Program-made: the position numbers and the translations under genes
Notes under the pieces: generated by a model
What the model was told of the DNA's origin: nothing
The model's database searches: none
The model's input: the letters and a program-made list of their open reading frames with translations, nothing else
Shown: in pieces, positions 47,785 to 59,040 of the stretch
Position numbering within the stretch: the first letter of the stretch is position 1
How the letters are laid out: each line of letters starts with the position of its first letter
From: Podarcis filfolensis
Lineage: Eukaryota
Assembly: GCA_964270895.1 (NCBI GenBank)
Contig: OZ185436.1
DNA length: 64,000 nt
Direction: 5' to 3' (one strand)

Positions 47785-48944
47785 AGTGAAAGTTTTGGGA
47801 GAAAAGTCATGTTTTCTGTTTTGAACTGTTAGGATTTCTGGAAACCTAGATGCTGATAAGGCAATAGCACATAACGTAAAACAGAAAGATCCAAGTAAAT
47901 TGCTGTAATTTAATGTACCAAAATGATTTATAATGCTTCTCTCAACACTTGTGGGATTGTGAATTTTATGGCTGACCATAGGGCTTTGAATGTAGCACTG
48001 TGACATCTCAGTCCCTTCTTCTCTTTCTTCTGAGAAACTTTTCTCTCTCACATAACTGCCAGCTTGTCCAGAAATACTTCCTATTTGGCACAGTAGTGAA
48101 ATACGATATACAGAAGCAAACATTTCACTTCAACTACCTGCTTCCTATGTTCAGGTGAAACATTTCCATGCACTGTATTTTCATCCAAGAGTAGTGGGGC
48201 TGTTATTTCTTCCCATCCTCCTCCTCCTCTATCGCCAGCGGATTCTGATTATATTTTCTGGTGTCCCTTTACTACCTGCTGTCAGCCTCTGCTTCTGCAA
48301 ACTGGCTGGAGACTGATGGGAGTTGGTTACTCATCCCTGTCTTAAATACTGACCAAACACACTTCTTGTGCATGTGCTGAGAGAAGAAAACAGCATCATC
48401 CATGGGTTTAGGAAGGCCAAGAGCCCAATTTTCTGTCCCTCGGTCCTGTCTGCTTGAGATCAGTGCTGACTGAGCTGGAATATCTGGACTGAGTCATTGG
48501 CTCACCCATCACTGATTTAAAACAAACAAGTACCCACAGACAGCATGTCCTTGGGCTTCTCTGAGGTTTATGATCTATTATTAGCCTGCTCCACCATCTG
48601 CGCTCGGAGCAAGGTGAAGCATGCCATCTCGAGTGTATGGGGAAATCAAACAGAGGTTAAGGGAGTGGAGGAGGAAACAGCAGCTTCTTATTATTTATTC
48701 ATTATTTGTATCCTGTTCTTCAGCTGCAGAGTTCGGAGAAGCTTGCAGATTGCTCCCAGATGGTCTCCCATCTTGGGGCAGACCTACTTGGCTGCAGCAT
48801 GTTTGTGCCTGTAAGTGTGTACATGGCTCCTATTGTCTCCCAGTGCAGTTCACCAAAGTGGTGTTCCTGAACCAGAATGTCATTCAGCAAGCCCAGCATG
48901 GGAAACTCCCTTGTTAGGGAATCAGATCATTGGTCCGTTTAGCT

Positions 48945-49200
48945 CAGGGGACAGCAAACTTTTTCAGCAGGAGGCCGGTCCACTGTCCCTCAGACCTTGG
49001 GGGGGGGGATGGCCTATTTTTTTGGGGGGGGGGGAATTGAACGAATTCCTATGCCCCACAAATAACCCAGAGATGCATTTTAAATAAAAGGACACATTCT
49101 ACTCATGTAATAACACGCTGATTCCCGGACCGTCTGTGGGCCAGATTTAGAAGGCAATTGGGTCAGATCCGGCCCCCAGGCCTTAGTTTGCCTACCCGTG
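48945..49200. mobile_element. hAT-Charlie-like MITE between TKT and TMEM40
   Basis: Ends caggggacagcaaact / agtttgcctacccgtg; perfect 8-bp TSD gtttagct (48937-48944, 49201-49208). Confidence 0.92.
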
Positions 49201-51355
49201 GTTTAGCTTAACTTTGGCTGCACTGACTGGCACCAGCTTCCCAGGACTCCAGGCTTGCCTTCCATTCTCAGCCTTGCCTGGTGATGCCAGGGATGATTAA
49301 TGAGGTCTTCTGCATAAAAGCAACTACTCTGCCTCTAAGCTTGGGTCCATTTGGTAGCGAGATTTGGGTTGCCTTTGGAAGCCAAAGGATGTATGCACCT
49401 ATTTCACTTTGAAATATAATTCTGCTGTCTTCTACAAATGACATTTCAGGGCCTCGCATGAAAGTGTGGTGCCTGATCTGACTAGATGTGTGTAGCCATC
49501 GAGTGCATACACTGACCTTCTGCATCTACAGGAATCCTTACTGGACTTTTGTGATTCTAAATGAAGTTATGATACTTGCAGAGGTAGGACCATGCACAAA
49601 CAACAAAACGGAAAATCTAACTTGTTAACATCAACAGTAGCCTTTCATATGTATATCAATGTAACAACACAGCATCAATGCATTTTTTAAAGGACACAAT
49701 TCAGACATCATTCAGGCCAGCATGAAATGAAGCAAAGGTGATATAAATTCCAATCATTCAAGCCATTGTTCTTTTGACAGATATTTTTAGTTAAGCATAA
49801 ATTGTTATTAGTGAAATAGCTGGATTACATTAATACAGTTAAGAAGAATGTTAGGAACTTCCTCCCACCTCCTAATTTTAAAAATACTTGCTCTTCCCCT
49901 ATGCATTTGATACAGGGCATTTATTTCAAAATATTTCCCCAGATTTAGTATGACTATTTCAAAACAATTGCTTTTGAGTTTCAGCTACTTTTTGTGTTTG
50001 TTTGCTTTTTTACAAACTGGAAGTACCAATATTACCAGATCTTCCAAGTTTACTTTGCCATTTGAGCTTGTATTCACTTTTCAGAAAATTCCTTGCCACA
50101 GTCGTCCCCCCGCCCCGAAACGCCAGTTTTTTAAAATTTGAAGTAGTCAAGATTGAAGACTGGAAGAGGTATTGAAGCTGAATTCTTGGTCAAATGGCCA
50201 AGAGGGAAAATAAGACCTGCCCAAAGGTATTAAACATTAATGAACTAAAGCAAATCAGGTATGTTCACATCAGAGTTCTTACTACTTTCATCAAACAATG
50301 AAGACTTTGTTCCCTACTGTACATTTACACTGCCCAGCCTTTTCGTTACCTTATCTTACCATGCCTTACCAAAACAAACAGTATCCTGATAAAGGTACAG
50401 TAAAATTTCTCACCTGAATGTAATGCATAGCATTGTGCTTGATGCCCCATGATCCAGATAAAGGCAGGAGCAACAGAAGGTTGCTCTTTGAAGAGATGGG
50501 GAAACACTGCACGCAGAATTACACCTTTGAAATAATACTCAAGATATGAGCATTAGGATTGCCCATTGCTTGCATTACGTAGCATAATTTTTTTCTAAAG
50601 CATATCCCATGTGTTAGCGAGAAATGGGGTATTGTTCCTGCGACATTGGCAAGCCTTGCAGTGTGGATGACTGCAAATGGATGACAGGATGATAGGACAA
50701 TGAAGAGCAAGAACCAGCCAAGGACGTCTGTAGAAGTTCCACCACAATGAATAGAAGCTGTCCCACAGCAATGGCTCATGGCTGCCACATGGAGGCCACT
50801 TCCAAGTTGTTCCACAGGCCAGCTGTGGTCATGCACAGTGATTACCATGTGACCTAGCTTTTCCCACACAATCACAAATGACTTGAGAAACGTGTCTTGA
50901 AGCTATTTCACATACTACTCATCATATGAGCTGGCTCACGGAATATGTAAAGCATTTCCCATGATGTAGCCATGGGCTATACACAGTCTTTTGTCCTGAC
51001 CAAGTGTAGGGAAGGTGATTTCAGCCATAGATAAGAGCAGCAATGTTCAGTGTTGGTGAGACCTGGTGCATGGTAGAATACAAGACGGAGTGGAAATAGC
51101 TGATATTCCTTCACAAAGTGGGGTTGCAGCATACAGCCACAGACCCAATGAATACGAAAAGGCTGGCAACTTTTACATAGATCTCTCAACATACACCAAG
51201 GAAGCAAAGGATTCACTGTAAGCATGATTCTTTTCTCCAACTGAGGAAATTTCACATTTGTATAGTTAACATGTTATTTTACATTGGCCATAATAGCCCT
51301 GTAAACATCTTGTCAATATTAACAGGATCCACCCAGCTCTGTTGACACCTCCGAT

Positions 51356-51375
51356 TTAGTTAATCTTTTTCAAAC
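51356..51375 (-). CDS. TMEM40: TMEM40 last coding exon (GLKKIN*)
   Basis: Strong acceptor tctctctctccctttgtcattgtgtag|GT; same 6-aa length as human GFRKTD*. Confidence 0.85.
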
Positions 51376-54300
51376 CTACACAATGACAAAGGGAGAGAGA
51401 GAAACTCGTCAGTATGATTATTTCAAAATACCGCACATTGGTCTGTGGGTCAGAAAAGATAGCACTTCGATGTCACTTTCATGAGCATTTAATTTAGAAG
51501 CAGGGATTTTAGAGAGAGGCAGTCCCAATAGGCACAAGCCTGCTGGTTAAAAGCACGAAGAAGTCTGTGCTTTTAGTACTCTGTCTCTAAGGACCCTCAG
51601 GGAAGTTTACATGGGTCTCCCCTCAAAACCTGGAACCATGACAGTCTTTGGAGCTGACACACAATCTCTTAATCCTGAGCCCTTTTTCCTGGGATGAATA
51701 GAGTTTTTCTGTTAAAAAATGGCAAAACTACAACTATTATCTATGTGCTGTACCCAAATGATTCCACGGGGGTATATAAAGACACATCAAGAGGGCAGTA
51801 GGTATTACCAGGTGTCTTGACGCTCTGAAGCAGGGGGATAAAACTTTCCAGGATACTTCTAATGCGGTGCACTATTAGGGAAATGAAAGACAAATAGTTA
51901 TATGCAAAGCAAAGAAAACTGGACAAGCTAATAGCTCCACTACAACTCAAACTGTAATATAAACATCAAATGAATGTTGGTATATTTTAAAGTTTATACC
52001 TAGGTATAAATACGAAGCAGCTTATTTCGCTGTCTCAAGTGGTACATGCGAAACACTTACCTAGACCGAAATATATTCCAGTTGTTTCTAAGCCTGCGAA
52101 GGTCATCAAACCAATACCGAGGGAAACTGTCCAGTCTAAAAATATACATATATATGTTTGTATTACATTATGTTCTGTGTTACCCAAATGAAAGCAGTGC
52201 ATTCCAGTTTTGATGTACCTTTATATCTGTAATAGCAAACCAACAGGGTTCCAATGGCAAAACAAAGAATGACAAAATGGAAGAATTCATCTGAAATGAG
52301 AGAGAAGAGACAGTTCTTAAAGGATATCACAAAATCAAACTCAATGCCCCTATTGGCTGCAATTTGAAATTTTCTTCTACTAGTGAAGGTTGTGTCCTTT
52401 TGGAACACATATGTTTGTGGAGAGGGGTAAGGTGATGATTACTCACATACTTTAGACCAACAGCCAGTACTTTCACTAACTGCACTGTACATATATATAA
52501 TTTATGTATACTTTCCAGAGGCATCAACTCAAGTGAAGAACTTAAGTCAGCAACCCTCTTAGCCATATACATTATTTAAAATATGGAACTATGCTTTATT
52601 CCCACACAGCTAAAAACGCCAAGAATCAGCAATTAAGTTTACTGATTAATTACTAGGAACTTTATATATGGAAGTCCAAGACATGAAGTCTATGATTATG
52701 CAATGTTGTGGAAAAGGCACTCTGTCCTTCATGTGCTCACATGCAGTATTTATTTACTTATATACTATTTAATGACAAAATGGTCTTTGAAGCTGTTTGC
52801 AAGTGTGTAAACCAATTACACAAGTATTAGAATCTAAACATCCATAATTAAACCACCACTACACTGTTTATTCACAATTCTAGGAATGAATTCTAGCATT
52901 TTTATCAGGTACCTGCACATGCGAGAACTTCTGGTTCACACTGAGCAGTTTTGCAATTAAGGGCATGTGCATCTTAATGGCTTGAAAACACAGCTAGGCT
53001 TTTCCCCTCGTGCATTTCAAGTTGCATTCTAAAGTGCTGTACGTGCTATGACCTGATTTGTTTCTCTGTGCCTGCAACCTCGCCGCCAAGCCCTATTCAA
53101 CAGAGTTGTGCATGCACAATGGATGTCTGAAACATACAAGTCTCAGCTTAACCTTGGCTTACATTTTCAAATAGGATGGAAACACATGTCTGAGGGAAAT
53201 CACATGAAACAGCAGCGTTACTCAAGAAACCACAACATACATATGGATTCTGGCTAATGTCACGTGTACTCAGGGGCGGGAGTGCATTGGAGCCAGAGTA
53301 AATGGTAATGTGCCCACAGCCTGAGTCTGAGGGTCAGTAAAACTCTTACCATCTTTTCGTATGCCTGGTAGCCACCATCTTGGGTGGTGAGGTGGGTGGC
53401 AGGGAACATTTTCATATGCTATGGGAAATGAAATTTCAGTTAAAGTAAAAGTCAATCCCATGTACACAAACTGAAGCTAAGCCACATCATATTAGCCACT
53501 GAATTCTATTATTTATTATTATTGTTGCTATTTTTCTATTTGGTGCATTGGTCAATGGACCTCAGGGCATTTTACAACACCTAAGGACAAAATAAGGCCC
53601 ATCCAATCCAACACTCTGCTCTCACACTGGCCAGCCAGATGCCTAAGGGAGGCTTGCAAGCACACCTGAGCATAAAAGCAACCTCCCCACCTGTGATTCC
53701 CAGCAATTTAGTTTCACTGCCTCCCACAGTGGAGGTAGTTATCAAAGGCAGCATTTCTTAAAAGGCTATCCCTGGGAGCAGGGAATAGGGTCAGCTATTG
53801 CAGGCCCTGTGCCCTGGGGGGTCTTCCGCCTGGCCAGTTCTGCCTGTCTCCTGCCCACCCAGCATAGGCGCCAACTCCTATGGGCTGAGCCCTCTATATG
53901 GTTTAACAGAGGGCTCAGCCCCCACAATATTGAGGGGGTGCGTAGGAAGCCAAACACCGAGCTGCACCTGTGGCCACAAGCAAGGACTAGTTTGAAAACT
54001 GGATCAATATGCTGTTTTTTGTTTTGTTTTAGGAAATCCGCCATCGAGTGGCCCAAAACGCTTTAAAATATAAATCTATTTCACAAAATATCGTAGAACA
54101 CTTTGTAAGTAAAAGCAAACATTCTCCTTCCTTGGAGGTTTTTAAGCAGAGGCTGGATGGTCATCTGTCATGGGTGTTTTCAGTTGAGATTCCGGCATTG
54201 CAGGGGATTGGATGACCCTCGGATCCCCTCCAAATGTACAATTCCATGATTATAAGTTTGGATGATATGGCAGATCATGCAATGTTGAAGCTTTCATAGC

Positions 54301-57106
54301 CCAGGCAGATAACATGGTACTTGTATGAGACTTAAAAGGCATGAATTATATAGAAAAGAACAACATAATCTGCAGTTTATATTTACCAGTTGCTGGTTCC
54401 CCGTCTCTGCACACAACTTCTGAAAAATAACACAGACTGATATAAAAGGTGCTTTCAGACTTTCACGATTTTGAGGTGGGATTCAGTCACATAGTGACAA
54501 ATTCAGGGTGTGCAATTAAAGTTAATCTGGCAATCTTGTGCAACAAGCCTGCCTCTTCCTCCTCCTCCTCCCCACCCAAAAATGAAAATTGTTTTGCTAG
54601 AATTAAAGTGATGGGGAAATGCATTGGAAAACATGGGATAATTACTTAATACAGTGATGTATAAATCTCCCTGCAAACAAATGAGAGTGAATGTTCAACA
54701 AACAGCTGACATTACCTAATCTATCTTTGTGGAAACAAATCAGAATGAATATTCAATAAATAGGTTGTCTGGAGGGGACCAAAGCAAACAAGCATCTCCT
54801 TTTGCAAAACAAACCAGAAACAAACCACATTGCAATACTAGGAAGTGCATATATGAAGATTCTTCCTACCTGGCCAAAAATAAACCTCTATGCATTGTAA
54901 CAGCTACTTGCCTTGCTCACCATGCTTCTCTGCAACTCATCAGCCCAAATAACAATATTGTTTTATTTATTTTTACTTATTAAATTTGTATGCCACCCTT
55001 CATCCTAAGGTCACCGGGTGGTTCACAACAGTAAAACCCATGCACAGAAGCCGTTGAGTGAAGCTACCACTAGAGGGAGCAATGAAGACTTGTCTTGAAA
55101 CATCCCAAAGCTAGAAAATTCTAGCTGCTTTGTTCAAGTTCGATATAAGCCATTTCTTTCCATGTGGGGCCTTTTGTTTAAGGAAGAATTCAAATAGGGT
55201 TTACCAATACATGTGTCTCTCGCAGAAGAGAGAGGCATGTCAATTTGGCCCAGAAGAGAAGCAAAGAAAGAGAAGAAAAGGTCCAGGGCCATCTTTAGCA
55301 TATGCAGCACCGTGGTGCAAAAATCCGCACAGCGCCCCCAAATTTAGGGCCTCCCCAAAGTTGTTAAGCTTTTTTTAGGGGGCCTCCCAATATTTAGTGA
55401 GCTTTTTCTAGGGGGCCTCCGCGCTTTTTTAAAGGAGGGACAGATCAGTAATAAATGACAAATAATACCTTCGCTGGAACTAGCACGCAGCACCAAAAAC
55501 AGCTTTTGTCAGCCAAAGCGCAGGAAAAAACAACAACAAAAGCTGTTACAACCAATCAGGAACAGCCACTGACGCAGCCAATTGAAAAAAGGACCAATAG
55601 CAATAGACAGTCTCCAGCTGGCAGGAAAAAACAACACCGTTTCCAGATTAAAACTGTCAGGCACGCACGCACACCGTGGCAAGGGGGGTGGAGAGGCTAC
55701 AAGGCAGGACTTTGAGGCAGATTTCGGGGCTGTTGCTGCAAGATCATTGAGCCTTGAGCCTAAATTACAAAACTGTACCACTGTAAGTTCTCACACAGCT
55801 CTTTGAGGCGGCTTTTTCCACGCCTTCTCCCTGCCCTCCGCCTCACTCTTCGGACCTGGTGCTGCAGAGCGGAACAGGGTCCAAGTGCCTCTGAAGGGCA
55901 CTGAAAGCATGCAGGCACCAAGCCCCAGCTCCACCTTGCTTACCTCCTCGCTCTCCCCTCCCTGGACTCTCCGCCAGGCGCACTCCACAGCTTGGCGCCC
56001 TGGCTGCTGCACCACTACACCCAATGGTAAAGACATCCCTGGTGAAGTCAACAGCAGCAGCAACATGAAGGAGGAAGCAGTTGGTCCACTCACAGATGCA
56101 GAGTGTGGGGTATTACCCAAGAGCCTCTCAAACCTAAAAACGGTGCTGCTCAGGATTTTAGCCGACTTACCTGATTCACCATATGGAACGACTTCTCTGG
56201 GTGAATCTAAAATAGTACACAAATATAGAACAGATAAAAGTATGGTTAAGGTAAAACTTTCCAGCTTATGTTGCTGTCAAAATATAGAAACTCCTGTTAT
56301 AGTTTGTTTTTGTGGTTTAATTTTTCTTTTTGTGCCCTTTTCAATTGAAAGGCAGGTTATCATTTCCATATCTTTAATAATTTGACATAGCGTCTAAAAA
56401 CAAATACTAACCTAGTGAAAGGCAACAACAAAACTTGACAAGGCATTACAAAGTCCTGTGCATTTATTATTACTGATTTATTGAATTCATATCCCACCCA
56501 TTCTCTCTCTCTCAAAAAAAACCCCAGGGCGGCAAATAGATGAAATACTGTAAATGGGTCTACAGCTGATGCCAAAAGTTCCTCAGTGCCAGCCATATCT
56601 CAGAGGGGGAATGAGTGAGTGAGAGAAAGGTTTGCGAAGGTCCACCCTGTTTCAGCTCAGCACTAGCCTGAACTTGGCTGCTGGGTTTATCTGAATATTG
56701 ATTGGCAAGTGCTTTTTCCATGTTGAAGCTTGGCACTCAGGACAGCTCCCAAGTGAAGATCAGTTCTCCCTGCACACAGACAAAGCATCATAAAATCTTC
56801 TGGAGTTACCTTGTGACGGACTCTCTGTTCTAAGCTCCTCAGAAGAACTTTCACCCTCACTTTCTTTTTGCGGTTTTAATTTCTTGCCTCGTTTTGGTTT
56901 CCCACCTGTTCAAAGTATAAGAGAAAAAGATTTTCTTGATATACTACTGATGGTAAAGCACTTTTCATGTATTATTTACATATCTAAACAGAGTTAGCCT
57001 TACATACTGTAATAGTAATAATAATTATTTATTTATTATTTATTTATTTATACATACCCCACCCATCTGGCTGGGTTTCCCTAGCCACTCTGGGCAGCTC
57101 CCAACA

Positions 57107-57149
<43 letters not shown>

Positions 57150-58547
57150 GTGATAAAACATCAAACATTAAAAACTTCCCTAAATAGGGCTGCCTTCAGG
57201 TGTCTTCTAAAAGTCAGATAGTTGTTTATTTCCTTGACATCTGATGGGTGGACATTCCACAGGGCGGGCGCCACTACCGAGAAGGCCCTCGGTGTTAGTG
57301 CTGACAGCCATAGCAATTTTTAAATGAGTGTTCAGTATAAGCAGATAGTGTTTTTATTGTACATTGCCTTGAGACAATTCTATAGAAGGTGAATACTAAT
57401 AATTAGAATAAGAATAATCTAATCAGAGAGTAATTTCCATAAAAATAAAATTTACCTTAATCAGGAAAGCCTAAATTACAGACAGTGGTACTGTTAAAAC
57501 TGAAAGAGAGATCTCACCAATTCACATATCCCATTCCAAGCCCAAAATCAGGATGTGAACATGCAGACTTTGGTATCCAACTATTTTATGCGTTTGACTC
57601 AAAATATTACAGAAGAATAAGCTGAAACAAAACACATGGATGTCTGCCTTCTGAAAAATGTCGCTTTAGTACAGCCAAGCACACAAAAATATATTATACT
57701 TGGTTGCCCAGTTGTCTTTTAAGCCAATAATGTGCCCCCAGGCTTAGTCTCCCCATCTTTTCATTACCTTGTTTTCCTCCTGTATGAACTAAATCAGCAG
57801 AATTTGAGTTACTCATTGTTGTGTCTGTTTAAAAGAGATGGAGAAAGAGATTGTAAATCTGGTTAAGTCCTTCAGATCTTTCATAATCCATTTCAAATCT
57901 GTACAGGCAGAAAGTGTTAACAACCATTAAAAAATAAGGAGGGGAAAGCAAATAAGAAAACCTGAGAGTTCCTTGAGAAAGAACTGCTTCACGCATGAGT
58001 CATGTGACACGACATTTTATTTACTGCAGTAAGGCTGCAATTCTAAGCATGCTTAACAGGGAGTAAGCCCAGTTAACACATTGTAGGGTTGTCATATTTC
58101 AAAAAGTAAAAACCAGGACACCCTGAAAGTTGTTATGGTTTTCCGATTGACTTGCCCAAAATCTAGGACAGAGCACACCCCCCCACCCAGGTACCAATTC
58201 CGCCTTTGAAGTCCTGGTAACACATTGAGACATTTATGAGTACCTAAGATTGCACTGAATGATACAAGAGAAACACATGAAGCAGTCACATGACTTGCAA
58301 TGAGAGCATATTTCTGAGGAACAGGTTTTATTGTCAGCTATAGCAATGCAAAGTTACAAAACAGGATGTTATAGTGGCATTCTGGTCACATGACTTATCC
58401 TGGATCTTTCAGTGGCACTCATTGCCATTGACCATTGTTCATCTACAATATCTTTGTTGGGATTTGGGGGCATCATACTGTGGCATTTCTGTCCCTACCC
58501 GACTGATTGGTTTCAGAAGATAATGCTGGATGTTTCCTCTTCCCCAT
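51356..58547 (-). CDS. TMEM40: Transmembrane protein 40 orthologue; 10 coding exons proposed, 570 nt, 189 aa; N-terminal exons tentative and possibly incomplete
   Basis: Joined C-terminus ...GIRKD-DEFFHFVILCFAIGTLLVCYYRYK-DWTVSLGIGLMTFAGLETTGIYFGL-VHRIRSILESFIPLLQSVKTP-GLKKIN* parallels human TMEM40 (NIKKDDEFFHFVLLCFAIGALLVCYHYYADWFMSLGVGLLTFASLETVGIYFGLVYRIHSVLQGFIPLFQKFRLTGFRKTD*, from memory). All junctions are phase 1 and GT-AG. Confidence 0.9.
51809..51871 (-). CDS. TMEM40: TMEM40 exon (VHRIRSILESFIPLLQSVKTP)
   Basis: ttccctaatag|TG ... CTG|gtaata; 63 nt. Confidence 0.92.
52061..52135 (-). CDS. TMEM40: TMEM40 exon, TM2 (DWTVSLGIGLMTFAGLETTGIYFGL)
   Basis: atttttag|AC ... TAG|gtaagt; 75 nt. 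Confidence 0.95.
52219..52290 (-). CDS. TMEM40: TMEM40 exon, TM1 (DEFFHFVILCFAIGTLLVCYYRYK)
   Basis: ctcttctctctcatttcag|AT ... AAG|gtacat; 72 nt. Confidence 0.95.
53350..53418 (-). CDS. TMEM40: TMEM40 exon (AYENVPCHPPHHPRWWLPGIRKD)
   Basis: catttcccatag|CA ... ATG|gtaaga; 69 nt; ends in IRKD, matching human IKKD. Confidence 0.85.
53598..53740 (-). mobile_element. CR1-like LINE 3' tail fragment
   Basis: ggcccatccaatccaacactctg...cagccagatgcc...gattcccagcaa; same family as 25100 and 30275. Confidence 0.55.
54121..54254 (+). mobile_element. CR1 LINE 3' end
   Basis: ctccttccttggaggtttttaagcagaggctggatggtcatctgtcatgg...gatgaccctcggatcccctccaaa...attccatgatt; the inverse of the 18564 copy tail. 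Confidence 0.88.
54387..54419 (-). CDS. TMEM40: TMEM40 micro-exon (EVVCRDGEPAT)
   Basis: gttatttttcag|AA ... CTG|gtaaat; 33 nt, the length of the human GLRRRGSDPAS segment. Confidence 0.7.
55067..55080 (+). promoter_or_regulatory. Possible CTCF motif in a TMEM40 intron
   Basis: CCACTAGAGGGAGC, one mismatch to CCASYAGRKGGCRS. Confidence 0.45.
55284..56041. mobile_element. hAT (Tip100-like) non-autonomous element in a TMEM40 intron
   Basis: Ends cagggccatcttta / taaagacatccctg; internal short repeats agctttttt.tagggggcctcc; the TSD is degraded (4/8). Confidence 0.6.
56171..56206 (-). CDS. TMEM40: TMEM40 micro-exon (DSPREVVPYGES)
   Basis: ctattttag|AT ... CAG|gtaagt; 36 nt; matches human DAPGEVVPSGES. 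Confidence 0.9.
56810..56905 (-). CDS. TMEM40: TMEM40 candidate exon (GGKPKRGKKLKPQKESEGESSSEELRTESPSQ)
   Basis: tctttttctcttatactttgaacag|GT ... AAG|gtaact; 96 nt, phase 1/1, open. Ser/Glu-rich like the human N-terminal half, with no clear sequence match. Confidence 0.65.
57026..57290 (-). mobile_element. L2-clade LINE 3' fragment with (TTA)n-rich tail and embedded (AAT)13
   Basis: tatttatacataccccacccatctggctgggtttccctagccactctgggcagc...cattccacagggcgggcgccactaccgagaaggccct. Confidence 0.8.
57108..57146. repeat. (AAT)13 microsatellite
   Basis: Read directly. Confidence 0.93.
57768..57824 (-). CDS. TMEM40: TMEM40 candidate exon (DTTMSNSNSADLVHTGGKQ)
   Basis: ctctttctccatctcttttaaacag|AC ... 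AAG|gtaatg; 57 nt, phase 1/1, open. Confidence 0.55.
58499..58547 (-). CDS. TMEM40: TMEM40 candidate first coding exon (MGKRKHPALSSETNQS)
   Basis: ccctaaag|ccATGG (acceptor followed by a strong Kozak context); donor CGG|gtaggg gives the required phase 1. Confidence 0.45.
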
Positions 58548-58949
58548 GGCTTTAGGGCCAGGAGGTCCCATAGAGCTCTATGCTGCATCTCATGCTACAT
58601 GCAACTACTCAGAAAGGTTGCTCAGGGATTTGGCATGTGGTGCCATCAATATGGGATGCCATCATCAGGTGAGGTAGAAGAAGTGCTGAAGAGCCTGCAA
58701 TGAGCTGAAGACTACTCAGAAACTTCATTTCAACATATGGTAGCCACCAGAAAATTAGTTAAAACCAACTTGTCAGAACACTTCATCAGTATTAAAATAG
58801 CTTTACTCCCTTCCAGTTTGTTTCTGGGGGCAATTGGGGATACTGGTTTTGGCCTTTTAAGCCCTAAAGAGCTTGGAACCAGGGTATCTGGACTGCTTAT
58901 TCCTTTATAAATCTGCCCACGATTTGAGATAATTCTCAGATGCTCTGCT

Positions 58950-59040
58950 CATAGCTCTCAACTTTCCCCTTTTCTTGCGAGGAATCCTATTTGGAATAAG
59001 GGAATTTTCCTTTAAAAAAAGGGAAATGTTGACAGCTATG
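58950..59040. mobile_element. 91-bp hAT MITE
   Basis: 13-bp TIRs catagctctcaac / gttgacagctatg (1 mismatch); perfect 8-bp TSD gctctgct. Confidence 0.92.

Noticed and set aside
51173-51240. Alternative TMEM40 last exon (VGEKNHAYSESFASLVYVERSM*)
   Set aside because: Weaker acceptor than 51375 and no similarity to the 6-aa mammalian tail; probably 3'UTR.
55791-56385. 143-aa and 166-aa ORFs
   Set aside because: They span a hAT element and intron; only the 36-nt DSPREVVPYGES micro-exon has homology support.
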